Below, piece by piece: positions 18,563-27,497 of a stretch of DNA of 64,000 bases. The position numbers and the translations under genes are program-made. This DNA is from an uncultured Steroidobacteraceae bacterium (GTDB lineage Bacteria > Pseudomonadota > Gammaproteobacteria > Steroidobacterales > Steroidobacteraceae): assembly GCA_964494895.1 (NCBI GenBank), contig CAZBTV010000006.1, positions 12,043 to 76,042 on the forward strand, in the 5' to 3' direction. The notes under the pieces are model-generated. The model was not told the origin of the DNA. It saw nothing but the letters and a program-made list of their open reading frames with translations, and ran no database searches. Every line of letters starts with the position of its first letter. Position 1 is the stretch's first letter.

Positions 18563-19603
18563 TCAACGCTGGGGCGTGTACACGCTGCTCAGAGCGGCAC
18601 CCGCTGCCTGGGCGTGAGCCGGCTCCTCGGTCTCGCCCGAAACAGGCTGTGCCGTCGGTCCCTGCGTCGGCTGCCTCACCAAGGGTCCCGTGTCCGGTAG
18701 CGCTGTCAGATTGAATAGCTCGGGGCGCAGAGTCCGGTAGCGCTCAACTCCAACGAACAAAGTCGACGGATCGCGCTCCAGACGCCGTGCAACCTCGGCG
18801 AGGGTCGCAACGCCGCGCTCAGTGGCATACCACGTGATCAGAGCGCGGGCGAGCGAAAGGCGCCGCTGCCGGGAACGTGACAACACCTCACTGCGTTCCA
18901 CGCCAAGCGTACAGGAGACCGTATCAATTACCTGGTCGAGCGAATAGCTGCTCCGGTGTACTCGCATATGGCGCGGGATGTCGGCCATGAACTGCCGATC
19001 CCCGAGCACACGCGGATCCTCGTCGCAGCCGCGCTCGAAATGAGTGCCCTCGTCCGGGGCGGGCGCCTCGAACATCAATCGACGGTAGGCATAGCGCGCC
19101 TGTTCCGGCCGTTGGGCCAACATGCGCAGAGCAACTCCCGTCGTCAGCCAGGGAATCTGGGTCACGCCCATGTAGGCACGCTGACTGCTAAGGGCATAGT
19201 CGTTAGGATCCCGAACAGCGCCCGAACGCACGGGAATGATATGCAAATAGCGGATGAGCTTCAGCAGATAGGCATCAGGATCGATCAGCAACGAGTGGTA
19301 GCGCTGTTGAAACAGGTGTCCGCCGTTGCCCTGTCGGCGGTGAACCCGCCGGGCATACTGACTGCTGAGGCGTTGCATGAGCCTTCCGACAGGCATGTCG
19401 GAGACCTGCAGCGCGAGATGGATCGCATCTACTTCCCAGCAGAACGCATGCACACGCGCACGGCAGCGAGCGAGCATGGTGGCAAGAAGCCGCTCGAAGA
19501 TCGCATAGTCGGCAGCATCGGTGAAAATCGGTTGACGGGCGTTACTGCGTTGTACGACGTAGTAAACACCACCGGGTACGTGAAGTCTGGATCGACGTGA
19601 CAT
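18563..19603 (-). CDS. Y1 (IS200/IS605, RayT-like) transposase homologue with degenerate HUH motif fused to a DnaA-domain-IV-like HTH
   Basis: N-terminus: RLHVPGGVYYVVQRSNARQPIF...VHAFCWEVDAIHLALQV...GHLFQQRYHSLLIDPDAYLLKLIRYLHIIPV, the Y1_Tnp layout. C-terminus: VLSRSRQRRLSLARALITWYATERGVATLAEVARRLERDPSTLFVGVERY resembles the DnaA C-terminal DNA-binding domain. I found no terminal inverted repeats or REP clusters. Confidence 0.7.
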   Translation of the reverse strand: MSRRSRLHVPGGVYYVVQRSNARQPIFTDAADYAIFERLLATMLARCRARVHAFCWEVDAIHLALQVSDMPVGRLMQRLSSQYARRVHRRQGNGGHLFQQRYHSLLIDPDAYLLKLIRYLHIIPVRSGAVRDPNDYALSSQRAYMGVTQIPWLTTGVALRMLAQRPEQARYAYRRLMFEAPAPDEGTHFERGCDEDPRVLGDRQFMADIPRHMRVHRSSYSLDQVIDTVSCTLGVERSEVLSRSRQRRLSLARALITWYATERGVATLAEVARRLERDPSTLFVGVERYRTLRPELFNLTALPDTGPLVRQPTQGPTAQPVSGETEEPAHAQAAGAALSSVYTPQR

Positions 19604-20188
19604 CCCTTGTTCCCCATTCCTTGTCTCGAGGTAATGTCGAATTCGCTTTTGAAGGCGCTGGAAAAGAGTCGTTAGCCGGACGGGCTTTCGACTTCTGTAT
19701 GCAACGCGCTCTGCGGAGGTTCGCTCTGATCATCCATGTTGGCTTCCTCTGGGACCGGAAAATCCGGTTGCTCAATCATTGAGCAGCGCGTTTTTGCGTG
19801 CCGCCCGATCCTGCTCCAAACCCACGCCGCAGGCAAGCGGTGTGCTACACGTCCGCTCCCCATAATCAAACCGCGGACGCATAAGAGCAGGCAGCTACTG
19901 GCTCCCGCCGAGGGTGCCGGAAACAAAAATCCCTTGTTCGTCGCCGGTACCGAGAGTCGCTAGGTCCCTATCGCACGGACGAGTGGTCTGCACGTAATCC
20001 CTCGACACTATCCGCTCGACAACGCTCACGCGGGAGACAGTAACTGCCGATCTGATTACTGCTGGGATGGAGGTGAATATCTCAGCGCAATGCAAAAAAA
20101 ATTCTTTTTGGTTTTATTTTGCGTTCCGGCGTTGGGCGACCGAAGAAAGCCACACTACGCCTGCCGAGCGAGCGAAGGCTGCATCCTG

Positions 20189-22165
20189 TCACGTCGTCGT
20201 CTCTGGAGCAAGCTCGAGAAGCAGACTACCCTCGGGAACGCGATCACCGCATCCAAAATGGATCACTTTTATAACTCCGTCATTCGGAGCCCGAATGCTG
20301 TGCTCCATTTTCATGGCCTCAATCACCATCAGGACATCGCCTGCCTTGACCGATTGTCCCATGTGCGCATTGATCGCAGTGACAACGCCAGGAAGCGGCG
20401 TTGTAAGCCCCCCCTGCGCAGCTGTGGCCGCAAACTCCCTCCGACGGGGATCATCCAGCGCGATCTCAAAATGTTCCCCTTCCATCCACAGATGAATCCT
20501 CGACTCCTCGCTCAGATAGCGCGCTTCCAAACGCACGCTCTCGATTTGGACCGCGATGTTCCCGTTATAAATCGCTAAATTCGCGATGTTGAGAGGGGTT
20601 TGTGCGTCAACAGAGATGGCAACCGGTCGGCCGCGTTCGAAAACCAATTCGGTGTAGTGCTGGTGCCCGCGCCAGGTCAGGTTGTATGCGACCCGGGCGG
20701 GTAGATTCGGAGTGAACCCGTCGAAAACTTCCCATGGCGTCCTCGGCCGCGGGGATGCGGTTGTAACGTGCAGTGTGAGGCATGCAAGAGCAACGACCGC
20801 CGGCTCCAGATCATCAGGACCGGTGAAGTCTCCAGAGCATTCATGCAAGAACGCGATGCTGTGGCGTACTGCCAGGAAGCGCGAGTCCAGTAGAACACGG
20901 CTCAGCCACTTGTCGTTCGTATGCACGCCGACGCAGCGGATCTGCTCGAGCGCTGCCGCAAGCCGTGCGGCTGCGCGTTGGCGCTCGGGTGCCCAGGCGA
21001 TGACTTTGCCTAGAAGGGAGTCATAGGTTGCCGGAACGCTGTCACCCGTCGCGAAGCCGGAGTCGACCCGGATGAAATCCTCAGCAGGCCACTGTAGGAG
21101 CCGTAAGTCGCCCGCGCTCGGCAGAAAATCACGATCCGGGTCCTCCGCGCAAACACGAGCCTCGATTGCATGTCCCTGGAACTGGATCTCTTCTTGCGCA
21201 AGAGGTAGCGGCTCACCGCTCGCCACTCGCAACTGCCATTCAACCAGGTCGAGACCGGTGATGGCTTCGGTCACGGTGTGCTCCACCTGCAGCCGAGTGT
21301 TCATTTCCATGAAGAAGAATTCGGCGCCGTCGAACAAAAATTCGACCGTGCCCGCACCGACATAACCGATCTCTCGCGCCACCAGTACGGCCGCGGCTCG
21401 CAGACGATTGCGAACGTCTGCAGGAATGGCCGGCGCTGGGGCTTCCTCGATCAACTTCTGATGGCGGCGCTGGATAGAGCAGTCGCGATCACCCAGATGC
21501 ACAAAATGATCATGGGTATCGGCGAACACCTGTACCTCGACGTGACGCGGGGCAGGAAGATACCTCTCGAGCAAGAGCGCCCCGTTCCCGAATGCGCTCT
21601 CGGCAACCCGACGCGCTCCCGCGAGGGCCGCGGGAATTTCGCCTTTTTCTCTGATGATGCGCATGCCCTTCCCGCCTCCGCCGGCGGCAGGCTTGATGAT
21701 CAGCGGCAACCCCAACTCGAGCGCGGCTCTTTCCAGGGACTCCAGGTCCTGCCTCGAGCCCTCATATCCAGGGAGCACGGGAACGCCAGCGGCGCGCATC
21801 CTCGCCTTGGCCTCGATTTTCGAGCCCATCGCCTCGATGGCCGAAGCGGGGGGGCCGACAAACACCAGTCCCGCCTGCGTGCAAGCCGTCGCAAAGTGGG
21901 CGTTCTCCGAAAGGAAGCCGTAGCCTGGATGAATCGCTTGCGCGCCCGTAGAGCGTGCGGCCTCCAGAAGCCGCTCGATGTTGAGATAGCTCTCGCGAGC
22001 AGCGGCCGGCCCGATTCGAACAGCTTCGTCGGCCTCGCGCACATGCTGCGCGCTCGCATCCGCGTCTGAAAAAACGGCGATCGTGCGCACGCCGAGGCGG
22101 CGCGCTGTACGAAAGATGCGGCAGGCAATCTCGCCGCGGTTCGCGACCAGGAGGCTTTTTATCAT
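20189..22165 (-). CDS. mccA: 3-methylcrotonyl-CoA carboxylase alpha subunit (biotin carboxylase + BCCP)
   Basis: LLVANRGEIACRIFRTARRLG, ATP-grasp motifs, and the C-terminal biotinylation motif VIEAMKMEH. Specificity is inferred from the neighbours. Confidence 0.85.
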   Translation of the reverse strand: MIKSLLVANRGEIACRIFRTARRLGVRTIAVFSDADASAQHVREADEAVRIGPAAARESYLNIERLLEAARSTGAQAIHPGYGFLSENAHFATACTQAGLVFVGPPASAIEAMGSKIEAKARMRAAGVPVLPGYEGSRQDLESLERAALELGLPLIIKPAAGGGGKGMRIIREKGEIPAALAGARRVAESAFGNGALLLERYLPAPRHVEVQVFADTHDHFVHLGDRDCSIQRRHQKLIEEAPAPAIPADVRNRLRAAAVLVAREIGYVGAGTVEFLFDGAEFFFMEMNTRLQVEHTVTEAITGLDLVEWQLRVASGEPLPLAQEEIQFQGHAIEARVCAEDPDRDFLPSAGDLRLLQWPAEDFIRVDSGFATGDSVPATYDSLLGKVIAWAPERQRAAARLAAALEQIRCVGVHTNDKWLSRVLLDSRFLAVRHSIAFLHECSGDFTGPDDLEPAVVALACLTLHVTTASPRPRTPWEVFDGFTPNLPARVAYNLTWRGHQHYTELVFERGRPVAISVDAQTPLNIANLAIYNGNIAVQIESVRLEARYLSEESRIHLWMEGEHFEIALDDPRRREFAATAAQGGLTTPLPGVVTAINAHMGQSVKAGDVLMVIEAMKMEHSIRAPNDGVIKVIHFGCGDRVPEGSLLLELAPETTT

Positions 22166-22219
22166 GCGGATTGGGCGGGCGAGTCGATGGTTTGTATGCG
22201 TGCTGCCATTGGCGACGTT

Positions 22220-23818
22220 CTACATCCTGAACAGCCCGAAACGGGTATCACGCTCCGGTGAGTTTCGGACCGCGGCCAGACAGAGCGCGAGAACTCGACG
22301 GGTGTCGACCGGATCGATGACGCCATCGTCCCACAGCCGCGCGGACGCATAGTAGGGGTGTCCCTGGCGCTCATACTGTTCGCGAATCGGCTGTTTGAAT
22401 GCCTCCTCTTCCGCTTCAGGCCACGAGGCACCTTTCATCTGGTCGCGCTTCACTGTTGCAAGCACACTTGCGGCCTGCTCCCCTCCCATGACCGAGATAC
22501 GCGAGTTTGGCCACTGGAAGAGAAACCGCGGTGAATAAGCTCGCCCGCACATGGCGTAGTTTCCGGCGCCATAGCTACCGCCGATGATGACCGTCAGCTT
22601 CGGTACGCTCGCGCATGCGACAGCCGTCACGAGCTTCGCGCCGTCCTTCGCTATTCCGCCCGCCTCCGCTCGCTTACCCACCATGAAGCCAGTGATGTTC
22701 TGTAGAAACAGTAGCGGGATCTGCTCACGGGTGCAGAGCTCAACAAAGTGCGCGCCCTTCAAGGCGCTCTCGGAAAATAGAATGCCGTTGTTCGCAAGAA
22801 TGCCGACCGGATAGCCGCCGATATGGGCGAAACCGCACACCAGGGTCGTTCCGTACAACTCCTTGAACTCGTCCAGCTCAGAGTCGTCGGTTAGCCGCGC
22901 AATCACTTCACGCACGTCGTACGGTCTGCGGAGGTTCGCGGGTACCACCCCGTAGAGCTCCGCCGGATCAAAGCGCGGTTCGGCCGGAGCACGCGGCGGC
23001 GTAGTGTCCGGTGCGGCCTTCAGACGACCGACAATCCGGCGCGCAATCGAGAGCGCATGCGTGTCGTTTTCGGCGTAGTGATCGCAAACACCCGACTCCC
23101 TACAGTGGACATCCGCGCCCCCGAGCGACTCCGCATCGACATCCTCTCCGGTAGCCGCTTTCACCAGCGGAGGCCCCCCCAGGAAAACACGCCCCTGCTT
23201 GCGAACAATGACGTTCTCGTCCGACATCGCGGGAACGTAAGCGCCACCTGCCGTACAAGAGCCGTGAACCACCGCAATTTGCGCGATGCCTTCGGCGGAC
23301 AGCGTCGCCTGGTTATAGAAGATTCGCCCGAAATGCTCACGGTCGGGAAACACCTCGTCCTGAGCCGGAAGAAACGCGCCACCACTCTCGACGAGATAGA
23401 CACAAGGCAGGCGGTTTTCCCGTGCGATCTCCTGCGCCCTGAGGTGTTTCTTGACAGTGAGGGGGTAGTAAGTGCCGCCTTTCACGGTCGGATCATTCGC
23501 AACGATCACGCACTCGCGGCCGCTTACCCTCCCTACTCCCGTCACGATTCCTGCCGCGGCGATGTCTCCACCGTACATGCCGTGAGCGGCAAGTTGCGAC
23601 AGCTCCAGAAAAGGACTGCCCGTATCGAGGAGCACCCGGATACGCTCGCGAACGAGGAGCTTTCCCGCAGCTCTGTGCTTCTCGACGGCCGCCTTGGAGC
23701 CCCCCTGAGCGACGCGCTCGACTTCATGGCGCAAATCAGCCGCCAGAGCCTGCATGGCACGGTCGTTCTCGCGAAATTCCTGGGAGTGGACGTCCACCCG
23801 GGTCGACAGTCGGGGCAT
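22220..23818 (-). CDS. mccB: 3-methylcrotonyl-CoA carboxylase beta subunit (carboxyltransferase)
   Basis: Carboxyltransferase fold: [26 protein letters not shown]...[27 protein letters not shown] prefer ATG 23818 ([15 protein letters not shown]) over the TTG at 23851 used by the track. Confidence 0.88.
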   Translation of the reverse strand: MPRLSTRVDVHSQEFRENDRAMQALAADLRHEVERVAQGGSKAAVEKHRAAGKLLVRERIRVLLDTGSPFLELSQLAAHGMYGGDIAAAGIVTGVGRVSGRECVIVANDPTVKGGTYYPLTVKKHLRAQEIARENRLPCVYLVESGGAFLPAQDEVFPDREHFGRIFYNQATLSAEGIAQIAVVHGSCTAGGAYVPAMSDENVIVRKQGRVFLGGPPLVKAATGEDVDAESLGGADVHCRESGVCDHYAENDTHALSIARRIVGRLKAAPDTTPPRAPAEPRFDPAELYGVVPANLRRPYDVREVIARLTDDSELDEFKELYGTTLVCGFAHIGGYPVGILANNGILFSESALKGAHFVELCTREQIPLLFLQNITGFMVGKRAEAGGIAKDGAKLVTAVACASVPKLTVIIGGSYGAGNYAMCGRAYSPRFLFQWPNSRISVMGGEQAASVLATVKRDQMKGASWPEAEEEAFKQPIREQYERQGHPYYASARLWDDGVIDPVDTRRVLALCLAAVRNSPERDTRFGLFRM

Positions 23819-23840
23819 CGCGCTTGTCAGGGTTGCCGGT

Positions 23841-23851
23841 TTGTCGGACAA
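23841..23851. promoter_or_regulatory. candidate GntR-type operator palindrome TTGTC-G-GACAA
   Basis: A perfect 5-1-5 palindrome in the mccB/ivd divergent intergenic region. It fits the generic GntR-family GT-Nx-AC core. A related half-site, CTTGTCAGG, lies at 23823-23831. Confidence 0.3.
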
Positions 23852-23884
23852 TCATACGATCCTACTGAACGCAAAGGCAAGCTC

Positions 23885-25060
23885 ATGGACGCCACCGAAT
23901 GCAGTGACTTTGACTTCGGGCTGGGTCCCGAGCTCGACGAGGTCCGCACCCAGGTGCGGCGCTTCGCGCGTGACCAGATAGCGCCGCGAGCGGCCGAGAT
24001 CGATCGCACCAATGAGTTTCCCCGCGATCTGTGGCCGGCCTTGGGTGAGCAGGGACTGCTTGGAATCACCGTACCGGAGCGCTGGGGAGGCGCGAACCTC
24101 GGTTATCTCGCACACGTGCTCGTCATGGAGGAAATCTCTCGCGCATCGGGTGCCGTTGGCCTGTCTTACGGCGCGCACTCGAACCTGTGCGTGAACCAAC
24201 TCCGGCTCAATGGCACGGACGCGCAGCGCGACCGCTATCTCCCGAAGCTCGTCAGCGGCGAGCACCTCGGCGCCTTGGCGATGTCCGAACCCGGAGCCGG
24301 CTCCGACGTCGTCTCAATGCAACTGCGCGCCGACAAGCGCGGGGATAGATACGTACTCAACGGTCGAAAGATGTGGATCACCAACGGACCGGATGCGGAT
24401 GTCTTCGTCGTGTATGCGAAGACGGAGCCTTCGGCCGGCGCGCGTGGAATCACTGCGTTCATTGTCGAACGCGGCACTGAAGGATTCTCCACCGCCCAGA
24501 AGCTGGATAAATTCGGCATGCGCGGCTCGGGCACCTGTGAGTTGGTGTTCGAGGACTGTCCCGTGGCCGCAGCGAACATCCTGGGCTCGGAGAATGGGGG
24601 CGCCCGGGTATTGATGAGCGGCCTCGATTATGAGCGCGTGGTGTTGGCGGGCGGCCCTCTGGGCCTCATGGCCGCCGCTCTCGATCTGGTCCTGCCATAC
24701 ATTCACGAGCGCAAGCAATTCGGCCAACCCATCGGGACATTCGAGCTCATGCAGGCGAAAATCGCGGACATGTATGGAGCACTGAATGCCAGCCGCGCAT
24801 ACGTTTACTCGGTTGCGCGGGCTTGCGATGCGGGTACTGTAAGACGCCGCGATGCCGCGAGCTGTATCCTGTTCGCCGCGGAGCGGGCAACACAGGTCGC
24901 GCTCGAATCCATCCAGGCGCTGGGCGGCAATGGCTACATCAACGACTTTCCGGCGGGACGATTGTTGCGCGATTCGAAGCTCTACGAGATTGGCGCGGGC
25001 ACGCAGGAGATTCGCCGCATGTTGATCGGCCGGGAGCTGTTTGAGACAGTGGCGGCATGA
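23885..25060 (+). CDS. ivd: isovaleryl-CoA dehydrogenase
   Basis: ATG 23885. [59 protein letters not shown]...[10 protein letters not shown]...[19 protein letters not shown]. 391 aa. Confidence 0.9.
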   Translation: MDATECSDFDFGLGPELDEVRTQVRRFARDQIAPRAAEIDRTNEFPRDLWPALGEQGLLGITVPERWGGANLGYLAHVLVMEEISRASGAVGLSYGAHSNLCVNQLRLNGTDAQRDRYLPKLVSGEHLGALAMSEPGAGSDVVSMQLRADKRGDRYVLNGRKMWITNGPDADVFVVYAKTEPSAGARGITAFIVERGTEGFSTAQKLDKFGMRGSGTCELVFEDCPVAAANILGSENGGARVLMSGLDYERVVLAGGPLGLMAAALDLVLPYIHERKQFGQPIGTFELMQAKIADMYGALNASRAYVYSVARACDAGTVRRRDAASCILFAAERATQVALESIQALGGNGYINDFPAGRLLRDSKLYEIGAGTQEIRRMLIGRELFETVAA

Positions 25061-25833
25061 GCACGGACCCCGAGGGCACGCGGACAGAGGCTGTTCGCTT
25101 CGAACAGATTTTGATCGAGCCCGCCTACCGGAAGGTGGCAGCGGTGATCGAAGAGCGTATCGTCAGCCGAACCCTGCGCGAAGGTGAGCGCCTGCCCGCC
25201 GAATCCGAGCTCGCGCGTCAATTCGGAGTGAATCGCTCGACAATACGCGAGGCGCTTCGCGAGCTCGAAAGTGGAGGACTGGTCACGCGGCGACCCGGCT
25301 CGAAGTTGATGTCGGTCAGCCGCCCACAACATGACGCCATCGCCGAAGGCGTTAGCCGTGCCCTCGTCATGCACGACGTCACATTCATGGAAGTCTGGTC
25401 TGCGCTGACGATCCTGGAGCCACCCATCGCGGAAGCTGCCGCACGCGCGCGCACTGCTGATGACCTGGCAGGTGTGGTGGACGCCACTGAGAAATTCGCA
25501 GCTCTAAACGCCGACACCGGGCGCGCGGTTCACCATGCCGCGGAATTTTTCCGGCGTGTCGGCAAGGCAACCCATAATCAGGTGCTCGCGCTCGCGCAGG
25601 AGCCTCTCCTGCAGCTTCTCGAGCCCTCGCTGCGGGTGATGATCGATAAGGTCCCGCAGGCCCGATCACGTATTTCCGCCGCGCAACAGCACATCGTCGA
25701 AGCGCTGGAGGAGCGGGATGCCGAAGGAGCACGGACCTGGATGACAAAACATATCCGTGACTTCCGCAAAGGGTACGAAATCGCGGAGATTGACCTGCAG
25801 TTGCGCATCCCAGGAGTCAGCGCCGCCGGATGA
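25057..25833 (+). CDS. GntR-family (FadR/FCD subfamily) transcriptional regulator
   Basis: ATGA overlap with ivd. wHTH motif [34 protein letters not shown], followed by a helical FCD-like C-terminal domain. Confidence 0.85.
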   Translation: MSTDPEGTRTEAVRFEQILIEPAYRKVAAVIEERIVSRTLREGERLPAESELARQFGVNRSTIREALRELESGGLVTRRPGSKLMSVSRPQHDAIAEGVSRALVMHDVTFMEVWSALTILEPPIAEAAARARTADDLAGVVDATEKFAALNADTGRAVHHAAEFFRRVGKATHNQVLALAQEPLLQLLEPSLRVMIDKVPQARSRISAAQQHIVEALEERDAEGARTWMTKHIRDFRKGYEIAEIDLQLRIPGVSAAG

Positions 25834-25876
25834 CCATGGCGCGGGGAGATCAGGCTGCAGCCGTTGTGCCAAGGTG

Positions 25877-25915
25877 TTTAAAAAACGTGCGAGGCGACGG
25901 ACCACCTCGCACGTT
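25877..25915 (-). terminator. intrinsic terminator (minus strand)
   Basis: Perfect 11-bp stem AACGTGCGAGG (25884-25894) / CCTCGCACGTT (25905-25915) with a 10-nt loop. On the minus strand the stem runs straight into TTTTTTAAA. On the plus strand no T-run follows. Confidence 0.7.
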
Positions 25916-26240
25916 ATAACGCCGCGGCGACGAATGAGGGGGTCAATCGCCGCTGCGAACGATGCTCCTTATCCCACGCGAAGCCGGAGTCAACACGGGT
26001 GATAGGAGCGCACCGCCAACCTCGATTTTGCAAGCTGCATGCCATGTCCCCCCGTACATGAAATCAGCGACTTAGATCCGTCGGTGCGAAGCTCCGATCG
26101 ATAACGGTGCACGGCATTGGCGGTATGCACAGGTCCCGAGCAATGCAGTACCCTGGCGAGCCAGGGCGGCAAGTCCGTTGGAGCGTGGAGCAAAGCTGCA
26201 TCCAACGCGTTGGATCGCTACCCTGCAAAGGCCCCTGCGG

Positions 26241-26999
26241 TCAGGGTCCGACCTGTACCTGCTGCATCAGCCGCGTGGTTTGCTCCGTGAGCAAGGCGGC
26301 GAAGAATGATTCCAGTTGCACATAGTCCTGTGCCGGGATTGCTTTCGTATCTGGCGGGTCGGCGAAGGTCGTCCACTCCAGCGCATCGTTCCCTCCCCAG
26401 TCACGGGCTCGCAACTGCGGGCCTTCCGGTGAGGGGACCACCACCACCATTTCGGTCATACTGAATAGGCTCGGCTTGCCATCGGGAGCGGCAGCCTCGC
26501 CGGTCGCAAAGCCCCAGCCTCGGAGATAGTCGGGCAGCCCCTTGCGGCGTGCGGAGCCGCCATGAGTGGAGTTGTTGAGGCCGGGAGCGAGCGCAATGAT
26601 GGCCTGGACGCTCTCCTGCGAGGCGAGGTGCTCGAACGGCGCTGCGCATTCCTTCGGCAAGCCCTTTGAGAAGTTGCCATTGAGGAAGCACGACTCCCGG
26701 GCGCGATCGAGCTCCTCGGTCATCTGCAGCGGCACGAGCACCAGGCCCATCCGTGCCGCATGATCCTTCAACGCATCGATGAGCAGGCTGCTCACAGGCC
26801 AGTCGACCGTCTCGGTTTTGAGGAAACCGTCCTTGAGAGATTTGCCCGAATGGTAGTGTGTGACTTCCGGATACAACACCGTCACGACTCCAACGCGGGA
26901 GCCCCTGGCGAGCACCAACGGTGAAGCCGCCGTCACCGTCGCAACCGACGTGCTCAACACCCACAGGCAAGCTATCCAGCCTGCCCCGACTCTAACCAT
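26241..26999 (-). CDS. secreted hypothetical protein (252 aa)
   Basis: ATG 26999. Signal-like N-terminus GWIACLWVLSTSVATVTAAS. No family motif recognised. Coding-like composition. Confidence 0.55.
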   Translation of the reverse strand: MVRVGAGWIACLWVLSTSVATVTAASPLVLARGSRVGVVTVLYPEVTHYHSGKSLKDGFLKTETVDWPVSSLLIDALKDHAARMGLVLVPLQMTEELDRARESCFLNGNFSKGLPKECAAPFEHLASQESVQAIIALAPGLNNSTHGGSARRKGLPDYLRGWGFATGEAAAPDGKPSLFSMTEMVVVVPSPEGPQLRARDWGGNDALEWTTFADPPDTKAIPAQDYVQLESFFAALLTEQTTRLMQQVQVGP

Positions 27000-27497
27000 A
27001 GCTCTGGTCCTTCACACAACCCGTCTTGTGTTTACCTTCCGCGCGGCGGCCTGCCGCTCGAGAAAGACGGGGCTCTCCATGCCGCGATAAAGTCGATGCC
27101 TTCGGTTGTGTTCCTTGCGCCACGAAGTCTAGCGCGTGCCCGGTCTCGCTAGATAGCCCAGCCAGGTACCTCACCGGGGATCGTAAGGCAAAGATACGTG
27201 GCGCTCGCGTTCCCGGCCATAGGGAGAGACCACAATCACGCCGCTGTGTGGCCGCCGCTGTCTGCGGGAAATCGCAGCGGCAGGCCGCGACGGATACAGG
27301 CACCGGCACGCCATTCGAGCGATGGCTCACACTTTGAGTTGGGGAGCCACTGCGCACCTCCATGAGGTGCCGTGCTCGAGCGCTCCGGCGACTCCTTCAC
27401 GCTGTCGCTTCCAGGATCTGCGTGTTGGCTCAAGTTTTCTTTTTCAAAGTCGTTATCAAATGTCAAACCCAGAGGTCTGCGGGATCGACTTCGCGAC

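Noticed and set aside
19672-19926. 84-aa ORF, with an internal 35-aa acidic peptide starting MIEQPDFPVPEE, upstream of the Y1-like gene.
   Set aside because: No RBS, odd composition and no recognisable family. I treated it as non-coding within the 585-bp gap finding.
23057-23884. The 667-aa ORF 23057..25060, which looks like a giant acyl-CoA dehydrogenase.
   Set aside because: The first 276 codons are antisense to mccB and motif-free. Homology to isovaleryl-CoA dehydrogenase begins at the ATG at 23885.
26168-26177. GGCAAGTCCG, resembling the RNase P RNA P4 motif (GGAAAGTCCGGGC).
   Set aside because: The match is partial. The surrounding roughly 325 nt lack the other universally conserved RNase P segments.
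27346-27352. GCCACTG, a cobalamin-riboswitch-like core, in the leader of the CheW-fusion gene.
   Set aside because: It is an isolated heptamer. There is no B12-box or GGGAA/GGTG context that I could align, and the downstream gene is not a B12-related function.
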